The notes under the pieces were generated by a model that was not told the DNA's origin, did no database searches, and saw only the letters and a list, made by a program, of their open reading frames with translations. Positions 42,401-54,000 of a DNA stretch of 64,000 nt are shown here, one piece after another. The stretch spans positions 49,110,401-49,174,400 of the forward strand of contig CM120641.1 of NCBI GenBank assembly GCA_051362555.1, in the 5' to 3' direction. The stretch's first letter is position 1; the number at the start of each line of letters is the position of its first letter. Source of the DNA: Lingula anatina. Taxonomy: Eukaryota; Animalia; Brachiopoda. The translations under genes and the position numbers were made by a program.

Positions 42401-44131
42401 TGTATAAAAAAATGGAGGTATCAACTTCACTGGATTTTTTTCAATAAGGCTACTAAATTGTCCTAAGATTGATTTTCATGAAATTTTCTGTTAATTTTTA
42501 TATGTGGCACTTTCCTTTATTTGCATCCAATTTTTTAAAAAATGCATGCACCAGTTTTTATGTTGTGAAATGTGTACTATCTATTGACTGATTTAAGTAA
42601 AAGATGTAAGGCAGTAAGATTTTTATTATTAAATATGTGTGTATGTCTATGCAAAGCTAAAGTATGTATAAAAGCCCTTAAATGCTTATGTGAAGCTATA
42701 GTTGTTTTATTATTGTTTAAATTGTTAAAAATTGGTTAAATTTGATTAGATGTTCATGTACCTTGTATCATAGCTTAACATAATATCAATTACAGTGTAT
42801 AAATAAGTGTCAGTGAAATAGGTTTTTAAAAAAAAATTAAGTTTCTTAATTTTTTTCGGTAAAAAAGGTGTAGATTATTGTACACAGTTTGGATACTGTA
42901 GGTGTAGATTATTGTACACAGTTCTCACACTAGATGGACTTCCAGTCAAACTTGTAGTGTGTATTAACACACATATTGTTAACATCTACTCTTGTATTTA
43001 TTGATCAGATCAGACCTGTGATGTGGGTAGCAGGTGCCTGTTCTCACACCAGATAGACTTCCAATCAAACCTGCAGTCTATATTAATACACACATGTTAT
43101 TAACATCTACTATTTATTAACCAGATCAGACCTGTGATGAAGGTAGCAGGTGCCTGTTCTCACACCAGATGGACTTCCAGTCAAACCTGGACATCTGTCA
43201 GTCTGTGTTTAACATCCCTGGAGAGGAGGTGGCCAGGAGGGTGGACTTCACTAATGCTTACTATGGAGCAGACAGACCCAAGGGAAGCAGAATTGTGTTT
43301 GTGAATGGTAAGGAAACACTTGTGTACAGGCTTGCACAGGTACAATTATAAAGTGGTTGTAAAGATGTAAGGTTAATTGTGTAGAGCTATATCAAGTTGT
43401 GGAAATTTTTCCTGTTGTAAATATTTGGGAAGCACTTGTCAGCTCTCCTGCACAAATGGCTAAGTTTCTAGTCATTATGGTTTGAACTACCTCTCTACTG
43501 CCTGTCTTAGTAAGCTGTATGATTGTAATAAGCTTGCCATCAGTAGGGAAGCCTAATTTGGGTTATTAAGTTATATTATTTCACTATCACATCATATGTT
43601 TTTAATTCAGGCTCCATAGATCCTTGGCATGCCTTGAGTGTACTAAGAAACCAGAGTTCCACTGAGGTGGCCATCTTCATTAATGGTACTGCTCACTGTG
43701 CTAACATGGAGTCTGCAGTGCCACAGGATCCTCCAGCTTTAACACAGGCCAGACAGGTAAGTGATCATGTCTTAACACAGGCTAGACAGGTAGGTGATCA
43801 AGTCTTAACACAGACCAGACAGGTAGGTGATCAAGTCTTAACACAGTTAACTTGATCACAGTTCTGTTTTGTAGTTAGATATTAAAAACTATATTCTAGT
43901 TACAGAACAAACCTGATTTTCATTATTTTTAGTATATAATTTTTAAGACAACAAGTAGGGAAATTCCATTTTTTATTAAATAGCTTTTAATAAAATTATG
44001 ATACTGAAATTAATATCTCCATATTTTTTTCAATCCAGAAAATTTCCGACATAATTGGAGAGTGGCTGAGAGATGCTACAGGACATGCAGGCAAGAAAGA
44101 TCCCAATACGTTATATTTTCAGAAACTCTAA
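36464..44131 (+). CDS. Family S28 serine peptidase (thymus-specific serine protease / PRSS16-like), secreted or lysosomal
   Basis: Signal peptide [20 protein letters not shown]; QPLDHF, QRYWVN, EHRFYG, GGSYPG (catalytic Ser), [28 protein letters not shown]; last exon 44039-44131. Confidence 0.9.
38883..39010 (+). repeat. Three copies of an S28 acceptor junction
   Basis: cag|taccc(c/a)ca(t/c)attgtg at 38904, 38937 and 38992 (real). Confidence 0.85.
39670..39884. mobile_element. MITE family B (PIF/Harbinger-like, 3-bp TSD TAT)
   Basis: Imperfect TIRs with tagatcgatcta near both ends; tat on both flanks; colinear with 50930-51142. Confidence 0.85.
40379..40709 (+). repeat. 34-bp x10 array spanning an S28 donor; resumes at 42866-42923
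   Basis: tgtacacagtttggatact|gtaggtgtagattat, donors from 40398 (real) to 40704 and again at 42898. Confidence 0.97.
40710..42868 (+). mobile_element. Non-autonomous LTR retrotransposon-like insert: 5' LTR about 40710-41161, PBS, one ORF, PPT-like end, no 3' LTR
   Basis: TGTAGTGATCCG..CGGTTATTACA imperfect inverted ends with TATAAA (40957) and AATAAA (about 41060) inside; TGGCGAGCTCCCAGG at 41164; aaaaaagg|tgtag at the far end; interrupts a tandem array. Confidence 0.7.
41223..42347 (+). CDS. Intronless 374-aa acidic ORF in gag position of the LTR insert; function unknown
   Basis: Starts about 45 nt after the PBS; internal repeats [21 protein letters not shown] / [21 protein letters not shown] and DAE(I/L/M)L motifs; no RT, integrase or zinc-knuckle motif seen. 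Confidence 0.6.
   Translation: MLYEDEDQYEDPDIYSRLLDCLGGISSVLKTQETSKRDALLLSNSLRNLWEVMKEETTEYDNENELSFEAIISSIRLEVGQRTTVGEDSCDEETAIGKEVREGIQSNEVVISGVADKSAKEEFPGAEMLQLPDGGNNNVVSDVADNAKSPEFEILKPLMTSGDSDVLKSPDAEILQFPDEERSSPCDAELLKSADDEMLKFPCDKMMKTPDVEMLRVEKMATNKTKLVENVCYHEDNEENDKQVKEKTEQNRYYENNDGNDRNDEQVMEKEKLHVGEMDNDKAKLIENACYQEDNEENDEQVKEENDLRTEERDNDMVNLNILAYYKDKDRNEKQGKKTDEFLDALERNEKLYLNLKGTEKWRYPPHCKLRHFF
42921..43190 (+). repeat. About 116-bp x2.5 array spanning an S28 acceptor
   Basis: cag|atcagacctgtgatg at 43009 and 43125 (real); gttctcacac..gacttcca.tcaaac at 42921, 43040, 43156. Confidence 0.9.
43739..43846 (+). repeat. 33-bp x3 in-frame array spanning an S28 donor
   Basis: agacag|gtargtgatca with donors at 43757 (real), 43790, 43823; reads [22 protein letters not shown]. 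Confidence 0.93.
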
Positions 44132-44575
44132 AAACAGATTGAAAAATAATCCTCATAGAAATTGCAAAAGCTCCTCTGGAGATGGACCCTGTGATATTTA
44201 AATCATACAGATACATTGGAATTATTTTCATGTGTAAGTGATTTAAACTAAGTCAGGTGTTTTAATGATTTTAACCATGTCTATGAAAAGCTACACATTT
44301 GCATCAAGATATTCTATAATGAAAGACTCACTATTGAAATATTGTGATGCGCATTGATCATATTAGTGTGTCTAGTCTTTCAGTAATGCAGGACTGTCAT
44401 AATTTGCCATTCATTACCATGATTCATGAAGATTGTCAAGTTGCACTGTGATCAGAAGGTTGCCTGCCTTTCTGTTGACTATTTAATAGAGTGTTATAGC
44501 ATTTTATTATTACTATGCACTTTTTGTGTTTTATAACATAGAGTGAACATTTTAGAAACATTTTATTAAAATTTA

Positions 44576-44654
44576 AAAATGCATTTGCACATCTATTTAT
44601 GAAGCTGTATTTATAAAATGCATTTGCACATCTATTTATGAAGCTGTATTTATA
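44576..44654. repeat. 39-bp x2 tandem duplication between convergent gene ends
   Basis: aaaatgcatttgcacatctatttatgaagctgtatttat twice. Confidence 0.85.
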
Positions 44655-45125
44655 ATCTTAAGTGTTCGGAGAAATTTTGTTTTACAAGAAACTTTGAAAC
44701 AGCTGCCTTTATTTCTTATTGCATGTATAGCATATTAAACCAATGGTGCTTGAAACGCATCTTCATGATTGTCCATTTACTCTTTTATTTGTAATAAAAT
44801 GTTCTAAAATAGCTAAACAACAGTTTGTTGTTAATAAAATGTAGTAAACTAAAGTTTAGCTTGCAATCTTTTCACTGTTTCATACAGTCAGCTATTACAA
44901 CTTCAATCTGTAAGACAAATCTCTGCACTATAATATTTCAATAACTAATTTGACACTGTTACATTAAGTCAGCAGTGAACAGCAGTGACCCTGGGAATGA
45001 AACTGTCATTAAAATATGCACCACCTCACCAATTTATTACAGACAAAAGCTTACATTCAAGTTATAAATATTATTATATAGAGAATATTTATCAAGGAAA
45101 GTGTGGTTCTCTTCTCAATTGCCTA

Positions 45126-47165
45126 TTACGTGTAACTAGCAAGCACATTAAAGAAGTGAAAGATCTCATCTTTGTCAAAAACACCGACTTCTGTGTTACA
45201 TTCTGAGCATTTGACAGGGTAGTAGACATCATCTGTGCTGGGAGCTGCCACTGAGGACCCACTGGGACACTGTGGGACACTGGGGACACTGCTTGGAATG
45301 CTGGAGTCTGGTAATGTACTGTTTGTGTCACAGGTGGCAGCACCACTGCCTTCAGATACAGCACCACCAGGCACCACTGCACTGGTCTTTATGCTTCCTG
45401 TTGAGTCATTCCTGTCGCTATCAGTACTTTGCTTTGATTTACAAACACTAGACAAATCTGATTCTGCAGGGAAACGTTCTGGTTTTGAGGAGTTCTTTTT
45501 ACGCTTACGACTAGTTGTCATGGAGCTTTTAGGGTAGCGTAGAATTTCAGTTCGGTCCACTTTGCAGTTCATAACAAACATAGCTCTATACTGCTCCTTG
45601 TACAGGTCGTGCCTAAAATATATATGATCATTTCTGCCATTACAGTTGGTTCTAATACGTACAAAAACTAGCAGAAAATATTTGTGGAAATTAGCCATGT
45701 AATGGTTTTCATTACTCAACAACTTTTACATAACTTAATTTATGCAGAAAGTTTTTTCACAATTGTTAACATTGATTTCAACCATTTTGGTTCTTAAAGG
45801 ATAGGTTTGTGGCAGATGATACAACAAAAGTTGACTACTGTATAGAAGTCTGAGCTGTGCCTACCTCTGACAGTCCAAGCAGAGAGATGTCATACAGGCA
45901 GGGCAGTTCAATACTGCATCACTCTTGGGCAGTGGCTTCACTGCAGGTATTTGGCCTCGCTGTCTAGACCCAGTACTGCCACCTTTACCTGGACTTCCTC
46001 GCCTGTAACCCCCTGGCTTGGCTACCTTAGAGGCTGTGGGCTGGTATCTCTCTCTAATTCTGTCCACCCATCTCTGATCCTCATCATCCATGCCAGGGTC
46101 ATAAAGAAGATCATCATTGGACAGCACTGGATGTTTGGGAGGGCCCCCTTGCCCTGCTGTGATACACACATGAAAGAAAAGTTTAAAACTCTTAAGGATG
46201 TTATTACAAAATTTTAACTGAAAGTTAAAGCTTTTTGATAAGCATTTTTTCAGTTATTAATATTGGACAATACCAAATACATGCACAACAATATAGGTAT
46301 TTAAAACATAAATCATTTTTGGCGAGTTGGAAGTAAGAAACACAAGAAATGAATAGATAAACATTAAATACTGCATAATTCCAACTGTTACCTTTGTCTG
46401 CTTGCTTATTCTCTTCTTCATCAGAATCAAAGTAAATGTTGTCATAACTTTGCTGCTGAGCTGGGTCAGACGGACCAGCACTTTCTGGAATTGAAAGTGT
46501 GTCTTTTTAAGTATTCATTAAACAATTTACCAGTATAAAACAACTTCTAAGTTACAAAAAATAAAATATTATGAAGATAAACAGTGGCAAAAACACGGCC
46601 AGATACTGACACTGCATGTAACTCACCCTTTCTTTCTCTCTCTATTTCCTCCAAGGTTTCATCCAGCTCCATGTTCATTTCTTTCTCAAACTCATCCTCA
46701 CTAGAAGACTCTTTGCCAAGACTGCGTCGTCGAATGCGTCTCTTCTGTTCTGGCGTGCCATGTAAGAACTGATGGATCTCATCCTCCGAACTGAAATTCA
46801 TTAATTATACTTGTAAACATAATGAATATAAGTAATTTTACTTGATAGCAAAACAAAACATAGCCCCTTCTCACAAGCACTTAGAAGGGGGCACTTAGAA
46901 TGGGCACAAGATTACAGTAAGGAGAAGAATAAATATTTCATAGCTTTAGGAAACCGGAGGGGGGTCCAAACAATGTGACTTCAGGTTACCTCAGTCTTCA
47001 TCTTTACATGCTAGGTACTAATCGCCATCGGGGCAATCACCATTTAATTTTTGTAAGACCAAAAACTGAGGCAAAGCTTCAGGGTACCGACCTGTCTGCA
47101 CTCTCTTGGTCACTATCTTCTTCTATATCGTATCCATCATAATCCTCCAGTATAGATGAATCCAT
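45126..47165 (-). CDS. EAPP: E2F-associated phosphoprotein, 5 exons
   Basis: SSEDEIHQFLHGTPEQKRR, SSSEDEFEKEM, NDDLLYDP, SDAVLNCPACMTSLCLDCQRH, QYRAMFVMNC, PVKCSECNTEVGVFDKDEIFHFFNVLAS. Confidence 0.92.
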
Positions 47166-48057
47166 ATTTTAAGACTGATTATCTAATGATGTAGAAAAAT
47201 GGCACAAAACCTCTTACAGGGGGGAAACCTCGGTTAATCTTAGCAGGGCGCAGCTATTTTCACAAAGTAAAACACGTGACGTAATGTCTTGGCTAATCAA
47301 TGCGGTGTGTTTATCAAAATAAGCATTTTTTGTATGATTAAAAGAAAAAGAGAAATTTGTACTCATGTCTCATTGCACTTTAGTGCAAATAGTGATCATA
47401 TTCAAAATTATAAATATTTTAGTAACTCTAAACTCGTTACAGTATCTACACGCGGTTACAGCAGAATAATTTTTTTGCTTAACGTGTGCATTAAGTAGGT
47501 AAGCATAAGAAGCTGAAAATACGATAGAAATCAAACATTGATAACAGGATCATAGCAACAATATCATATTAATGCGAGTAACACGGTGCATGAAAAACTG
47601 GCTGTCACGCTGACCCAACACGTACTGCTAATGACTAGTTCCTTAAATATATCAGGAGTAATACAATAGAAAGAATAAAAATTAATCGCAAGATAATATT
47701 TTAGAACACATAATTTGATCAAATATCATTAACTTAAATATTAAAATAATAATAGCTACAATAATATCATTAATTTAACTTGTTAAATAAACAAAAATCT
47801 TATCCTCCGTTAACAAGGAACAAAGCTAGAAAATCTTGGCAACCGAAGTGCCCGGATGTTGATTAAGAAAATGGCTTCTGGAACTGCACTACACTGAAAA
47901 CATTTGGAAATTTATGACAATGAGTCCACGATGCGATGCATTGCGGACTCGGTAATATCACCGTTAGACAAATAAACTCACGCGTTATTAAAGTGACTAA
48001 AAGGCGCATCCTGCTGTGGACAGACAGTTAATTCAGTAGCAGTTCAAAACGGCAAAC
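47166..48057. promoter_or_regulatory. Putative shared promoter region EAPP / DNAH3
   Basis: About 890 bp between divergent ATGs; CpG retained; cacgtgacgt at about 47273; X-box half-site ttggcaac at about 47836. Confidence 0.45.
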
Positions 48058-51000
48058 ATGGCTTTAGATAGAGCTAAGGTACGTATTGTAAATATGTCAG
48101 TTCGAAGCAATTAAAATAAACAGTTTTACTGTGCACGAGTTACATTTATGTTCCAGTCTGAAAATACTGAGTGCAAAAAACGATGCTTTACTCTAAAACA
48201 TCAATATTATAGCTACAATATTCTGCTTCTGCAGTATGTGTTTGGAATAATACAACAAATACCAGTGTGTATTTTTTTTAGATGGTATTCCAGATACTAG
48301 TATATTCTGTTATTATTCTTTCATAAATGCATGTAAGCACAGCTTGATTAAGATAGGAAAATGCTATTTCCCTGGAAACTTTAAAACAACATACATTTGG
48401 TGGCAGCTTCACCATTCCTTGCGTTAAGTAATGAATATATGGGACAGAAATTGTGCACTTAAATCCTGCTGTTGACCATTTCATTTTTATTGGTAACATA
48501 TCTGTGAAAGACTCAAGGGATATGTTTATCTTTTACTCTTACTTTATTTTTATATGGACATAACGATGTGTCAGTAATGGTGAGGTTCTATTTCCAGCAT
48601 GCTGAGACTCCACTCCTCAGCTGTAGTAAGACCCGTGGTCTGCCAGGCCTCCCACCTTTACCAAGATCTGCACAAAGAGAAAGGTCTGAACTGTACCAGG
48701 TAAGACATAATGTATATTGTAATATGGGGAGACATTGACCCTTCTCTTACACGAAAAATAGTATAACACAGAAGTTGGTGTTTAACAAAAACAGTATATT
48801 TCACATCTCTCTACATCAGGTGTAAATATATGGTTAGAAAGAAGTTATAGTTAAATGGTTTATCTGGGTGTGTGGGTGTGAAGTGATTAAGAGGTATAGC
48901 GAGGATTACATAATGATAAAAACATTTGATTGCAAAATATAATGTACATAATTTATATATCTTTAAACAGGTGGTGTTGAAAAACAGTGAACATCCTCCA
49001 ATTATGAAGGGGACCTCATGGACTCTGGCTGCTCCATTTAAAGAGGAGAAACATTACCGGACTCCCAGTGAGTCCATTGCTAACAACTACACTCCTACAG
49101 CCAGTGACCTCAAGATGAGAGAACTACTCAAGAGAAAACCTCCACACAGAGTAGAAGGTAGCTGGAATATTTTTTATCAGACTTAATGTAGAATTGTAAA
49201 AGTCCTTTTGCTTATAGTTTGTGAAAGAAACTGATACTTTATGAACTGATATTTCTTTTATGGTTCACATAAAGTATATAGCTGAAGAAATTTTTTAATA
49301 TTTTATGATAATAACTGTCTTACGTTTGATAAAAAGCTATGTGGGCCCTTATATTAAAACACATGTTGTAAAATCTTTATTTTTGTATTTTTCAAGTTTT
49401 GTGTTTAATATTTTTTTATTCCTTTCTTTAAAACTGTCAAATACCCCTATATCATACTTCCTGTGTACCAGTTCTGTGTATTTGTATCATTATTTGTAAC
49501 TCAAGGCTCTGTCAAGTCTCCTCGCAGACGTGCCCAACAGGTGTCACCACGTGATGGTGTACAGAATGGGATTCAGATTTCACCAAGGTCTGGAAAACAG
49601 AAGAAAACTAAAGAAAGAGAAGAAAATGGGTGAGTTATCATTCTATTTGTTAGTTGTTTTTAAGTTGAAATCATTCTCAAGTATTACTTATTAACAAAAG
49701 AATTTAATTAGCATTTCCCAAATTTATTTTGGAAGATCTCTGTCAAATATATCACACAAGCAATATCTGCACATATTTAGGGTTTGTATCTACTTGTATG
49801 TATGATGATATGATAAAGTTCTATTCAAAGTAAAGTATTATCTGTATAAGAGAGAGATGGCTTGTGTTGTCAGGCATACCAATGGTGTGGCAGAGGAGCC
49901 ATGTGGAAGTCGTCCCATTACGCCAGTGGAACAGCTCAATATTATGAAGAATATAGAGGATGAAATGCGGCAGGTTATTGGAGAACCTTCAGATAGAGAC
50001 ATGGAGGTAAGCTGGAGCTGACATAGTGTTATGTGTGGACATTGTGTTATTTGTGGACATAGTGTTATATGTGGACATTGTGTTATGTGTGGATATATTG
50101 TTATGTGTGGAGTGTGTTAGGTGAAGCAGTGTGTTTCTATGTATTAAACAAAGTATATACTATGTATTGTCAGGAGTTAGGGATATAAGTTATACATATA
50201 TTTGTTTTGCAGCGTTATTATTATTACATCAACAAAGGCATTCAGAAGAGCATGCTGGCTCCCCAGCCTCCAGAACAGATGAAGAATGTCCACAAACTGA
50301 TTCCAGACGCCATCTTGTCCAAGCCTGAGCTGGATGGAATGGTGAAAGACCTTCATGAGGAGGTCACAGGAGACTATGAGCTGAGTCTCAGGAAGTGTAT
50401 TGGTAAGTGACCTTTTTATCTGTAGGAAACCATGACTTGACTCCAACTTAGTTGTGTTATGGCAATGAACTATTTGCTGTCAGTATTTGATATGGTTTGA
50501 GTGGACAGTAATTGTTTTATATTTTAAACATTAATTGTAATATTACAGTGGACTACATCCTCAAAGATCCCACAGAGAAGGAGCGTCTTCACATTGCCTG
50601 GGTACCGCGTCCTTTCCCTCAGAGGATCATCCGTGCTCCCGTACCCTGGCATGATAACTACGCACAAATGAAGGAGGAGTTGAACACACATTTGTTTACA
50701 ACTAACCCTATCATGCAGGAGTTACAGAATCTTTGGTTCAGAAGGTACAGAACTCACAGCAAGAAGACTAAACACTATGTAACAAAGTGTATGAGTTGCA
50801 TTCAGCATAGTGCGTTTTGAACTTTGTATAGCTTCAAACACAATTCCAAAAATTTACCCAGTTTGAATCTTATTGCCACATACAGATCAAACGTAGCACA
50901 TTACTTTAAACATATAACACCATTTCTGAGGGTGCATTCCCATAGATTTTAGATCGATCTATCCCCGTGGGGAGTCTCACTAGATTATTGTCAGATAATC

Positions 51001-54000
51001 CGGCTTAAATGTCCGTCCAGCCTACTACAAAATGTAAGGGGGTAATTAGCTTCCGTGCGCCTCGCTGACTGCAATTTAGCGTGAACGCCCAGGGAGTTAG
51101 GTCAATCTAGTAAGATCGATCTAAATCTGTGGGAATGCAGCTTCACTGTTTGTGCTGTAACCAGGTGTAAATACTTGTGTTTTGGTACTTTGTTACATAT
51201 TAACACATTCTATACTGGTCCTACATTTGATATTATATACAACACAATTTTACCTTGCAGTTTCAGCCACTTGAGGTTTGTGAAGCTTGAAGAGCTGCTG
51301 GCAGCAGAGCTTCCTCTGTTACCCACTGAGTTTGAGTCCCTGGTAAAGAAGCAGTGCTGGGATGCCCATGATATCCTGACTAAGAGGTGAGTTAATACAC
51401 TGAGTTTGAGTCCCTGGTAAAGAAGCAGTGCTGGGATGCCCATGATATCCTGACTAAGAGGTGAGTTACCACAAAGACTAAATACCAGATAAGAGATCTG
51501 TACATGCTGCACTGAAGCTTAATGTAGCCCTTGATGCTAAATGATGAGTAGTAAGTCAAAGAGAATTATCCTTTTTTATTATGCAAGCTATTCTTTGTGT
51601 GCATACCAGCTTGTACATGTACTACTATTATTTAAAGTCACCTGTTAGATAAGTGCACTGTGTACCTGGACTATTTCAGCTGGATCCCAAGCTGTGCCCA
51701 GCTGTTCAGAGAGAGACCTGAACTGTGGGAATATCTGGTGCCTGAAGATGACAATGAGTCTACAGAGCTGGTGCAGGAATTCTTTGGCAGCGTGGCTGCA
51801 CTCATGTCTCTGCAGCTACGAAGCATGGTGGTCAACTCTCTGGCAGACTTCCTCAAGTTCTTTGAGATTCATGCTGTAAGTTTTAATATACAGGTTTTCT
51901 GAGATACATGCTATTTTGTGTTCTTTTGGATTTAGGTTTTTGCACATTCAGGTATTTTGACAGAGATGTGATAGCTGTACATGTAATAACCAGTGCATTG
52001 CAGGAAATCATTTTCTTGTGGAGTAGTGGCCTTAATGGGTATACACAGTTTTATCACCAAATCACAGTGTATTTCCAGACATCCAAGAAGGTTGGTCAGA
52101 TTCCTTCCCATCATTTTACTATGTTGCTCTGTCTATTTCCAGGCTGGCAATGACTTTGATGGGGAGTTTGATGAGCTGCAGTTTGTGATGGCCCAGGTGA
52201 TGATCATCAAGTTGAGAGTGGAGGAACCCAAGATTTTGTTTGACCCGCCATTCAGGGAGTGCAAGGATATCATCCTCAGATGTTTCTCTGACATCATAGC
52301 CAGTGGAGAAGGTATCCCCAGGGTAAGTGTATGACTGGGTTCCCATAGATAAATTGATCTAACAGATCTGAAGGCGTTTCTCACTAAATTGCTTTCAGCT
52401 TAACCAGCTTAGATGTCTGGCCTGCCTACTAAAGCTGCTAAACGATAATTAATGACCCCTAGCTTCAGTAGGCGTGACAGACATTTAAGCCCCTTAAGAT
52501 GATTGCAATTTAGAGAGAATTCCCTTGGAGATAGATCAATCCACATTTAGTACAATAGGGTCTGGAAATGGTCCCAAAGTGTGTTCTCTGACACCATAGC
52601 CAGTGGAGAAGGCATTTAAAGTTACAGTGTGTCACCATAAAATGCTTTGGTAATGTACCTTGAATATGTATCTTGATTGTGTAAATGGCACCCTGAATTC
52701 TGTTAATATCATCTAACATACAAGCTGACATGGCCTCTTCTAATGCTGATTTAATAATTGCAGGTGGAGGTTGAGATGGCCCCAGAAATGAGAGGTCAGA
52801 AATTGTTGCTGCGGTCAGTGAAAATAGAAGAAAGCTTGGTGACAGATTTTACAGACAGAGCCATGGAGATCTTCAGAGTGAACACTCTGGGACCACAGAA
52901 GTAAGATCAAAGTGATGACAATAAATTCTAGGTAAAGGAGTTAACATTTGAGATCTAGCTTTTAAAGTAAATACTATTGAAGACTTGTAGAAGCAGTTGC
53001 AGGTGATCAAAAAGACCAATCTAATCTTAACGACATTTAATCTCTGAAATTGGTTTTGATAATTTTTTGTAAACCTTCCAGGTATTTGAATACATACAAA
53101 AAGTACAGTGACCTCCTGAACAACAAGGCAGACCAAGACGTTACTGCGTTCCTCAAAGAAGAACATTCTATTCTGGCATTCAAAAAGGTTTGAAAACACA
53201 AAGATAGTAATGTGAATTACTGATAATAAATTAACATTAATGAATTATGTTAACCAATGTTTCTGCACAACACTTAAAGGGTTTGAAAGCACATAAATAG
53301 AAATGTGAAGTATTGATAATAAATTAAAATTAATGAAGAGGATTAACCAATGTTTCACCAGTTTCACCAATCAAAATAATTCTTTAAAGACAGGATATAA
53401 AATCTATAAACCAGCTTCAACTGTGATAAATATACTTCCAGAAAATCCACAGCTACATTGACCTGTGGAATGAGATAGCTCTGTTGAGGATCACAGTGCC
53501 ACTGAGTATGTTCTGTCTGGACTGTGTGGACCTGAACAGGGAGCTGTGTGACCGCTCCAACCGGCTCAAGGACAGACTGGTCAGTTTTGAGGTCAAGGAG
53601 AACAAGGAGCTGAATAAGGGGTGAGTAAACTGGACAGTACTTTTAATATGTAATAAAGGGTGAGTGAACTGGACAATACTTTTAATATGTAATTTGTTAC
53701 TGAAAATTGGGTGGGAAACAAGATACATTATCACAGTTAAGTTGACTTATAATTGACTGTTGTTGTTGTTGTTCCAGAATCATCAGGCAGTATGATGAGA
53801 TGTCAGAGACACTAAGTGGTAAACTGGAGACTACAGCTGATGTGGTAGAGCTAACACATTACCTGCAGAATGTAAGTGGTCTTACTTATATCACAGACCT
53901 ATTGGACTCTGTATAACACTGTTTGCTATCATATGGTAGTATTGTATAGAGAACATGAAGTGATGTGATATTACATGGTTTAATTGTGTAAAGCAGTATG

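Noticed and set aside
40706-42869. 4-bp TSD (aggt) defining a complete element 40710-42865
   Set aside because: The right end lacks ACA or any inverted end, and aggt is in every host repeat unit; a PPT/LTR microhomology deletion fits better, though the TSD reading is not excluded.
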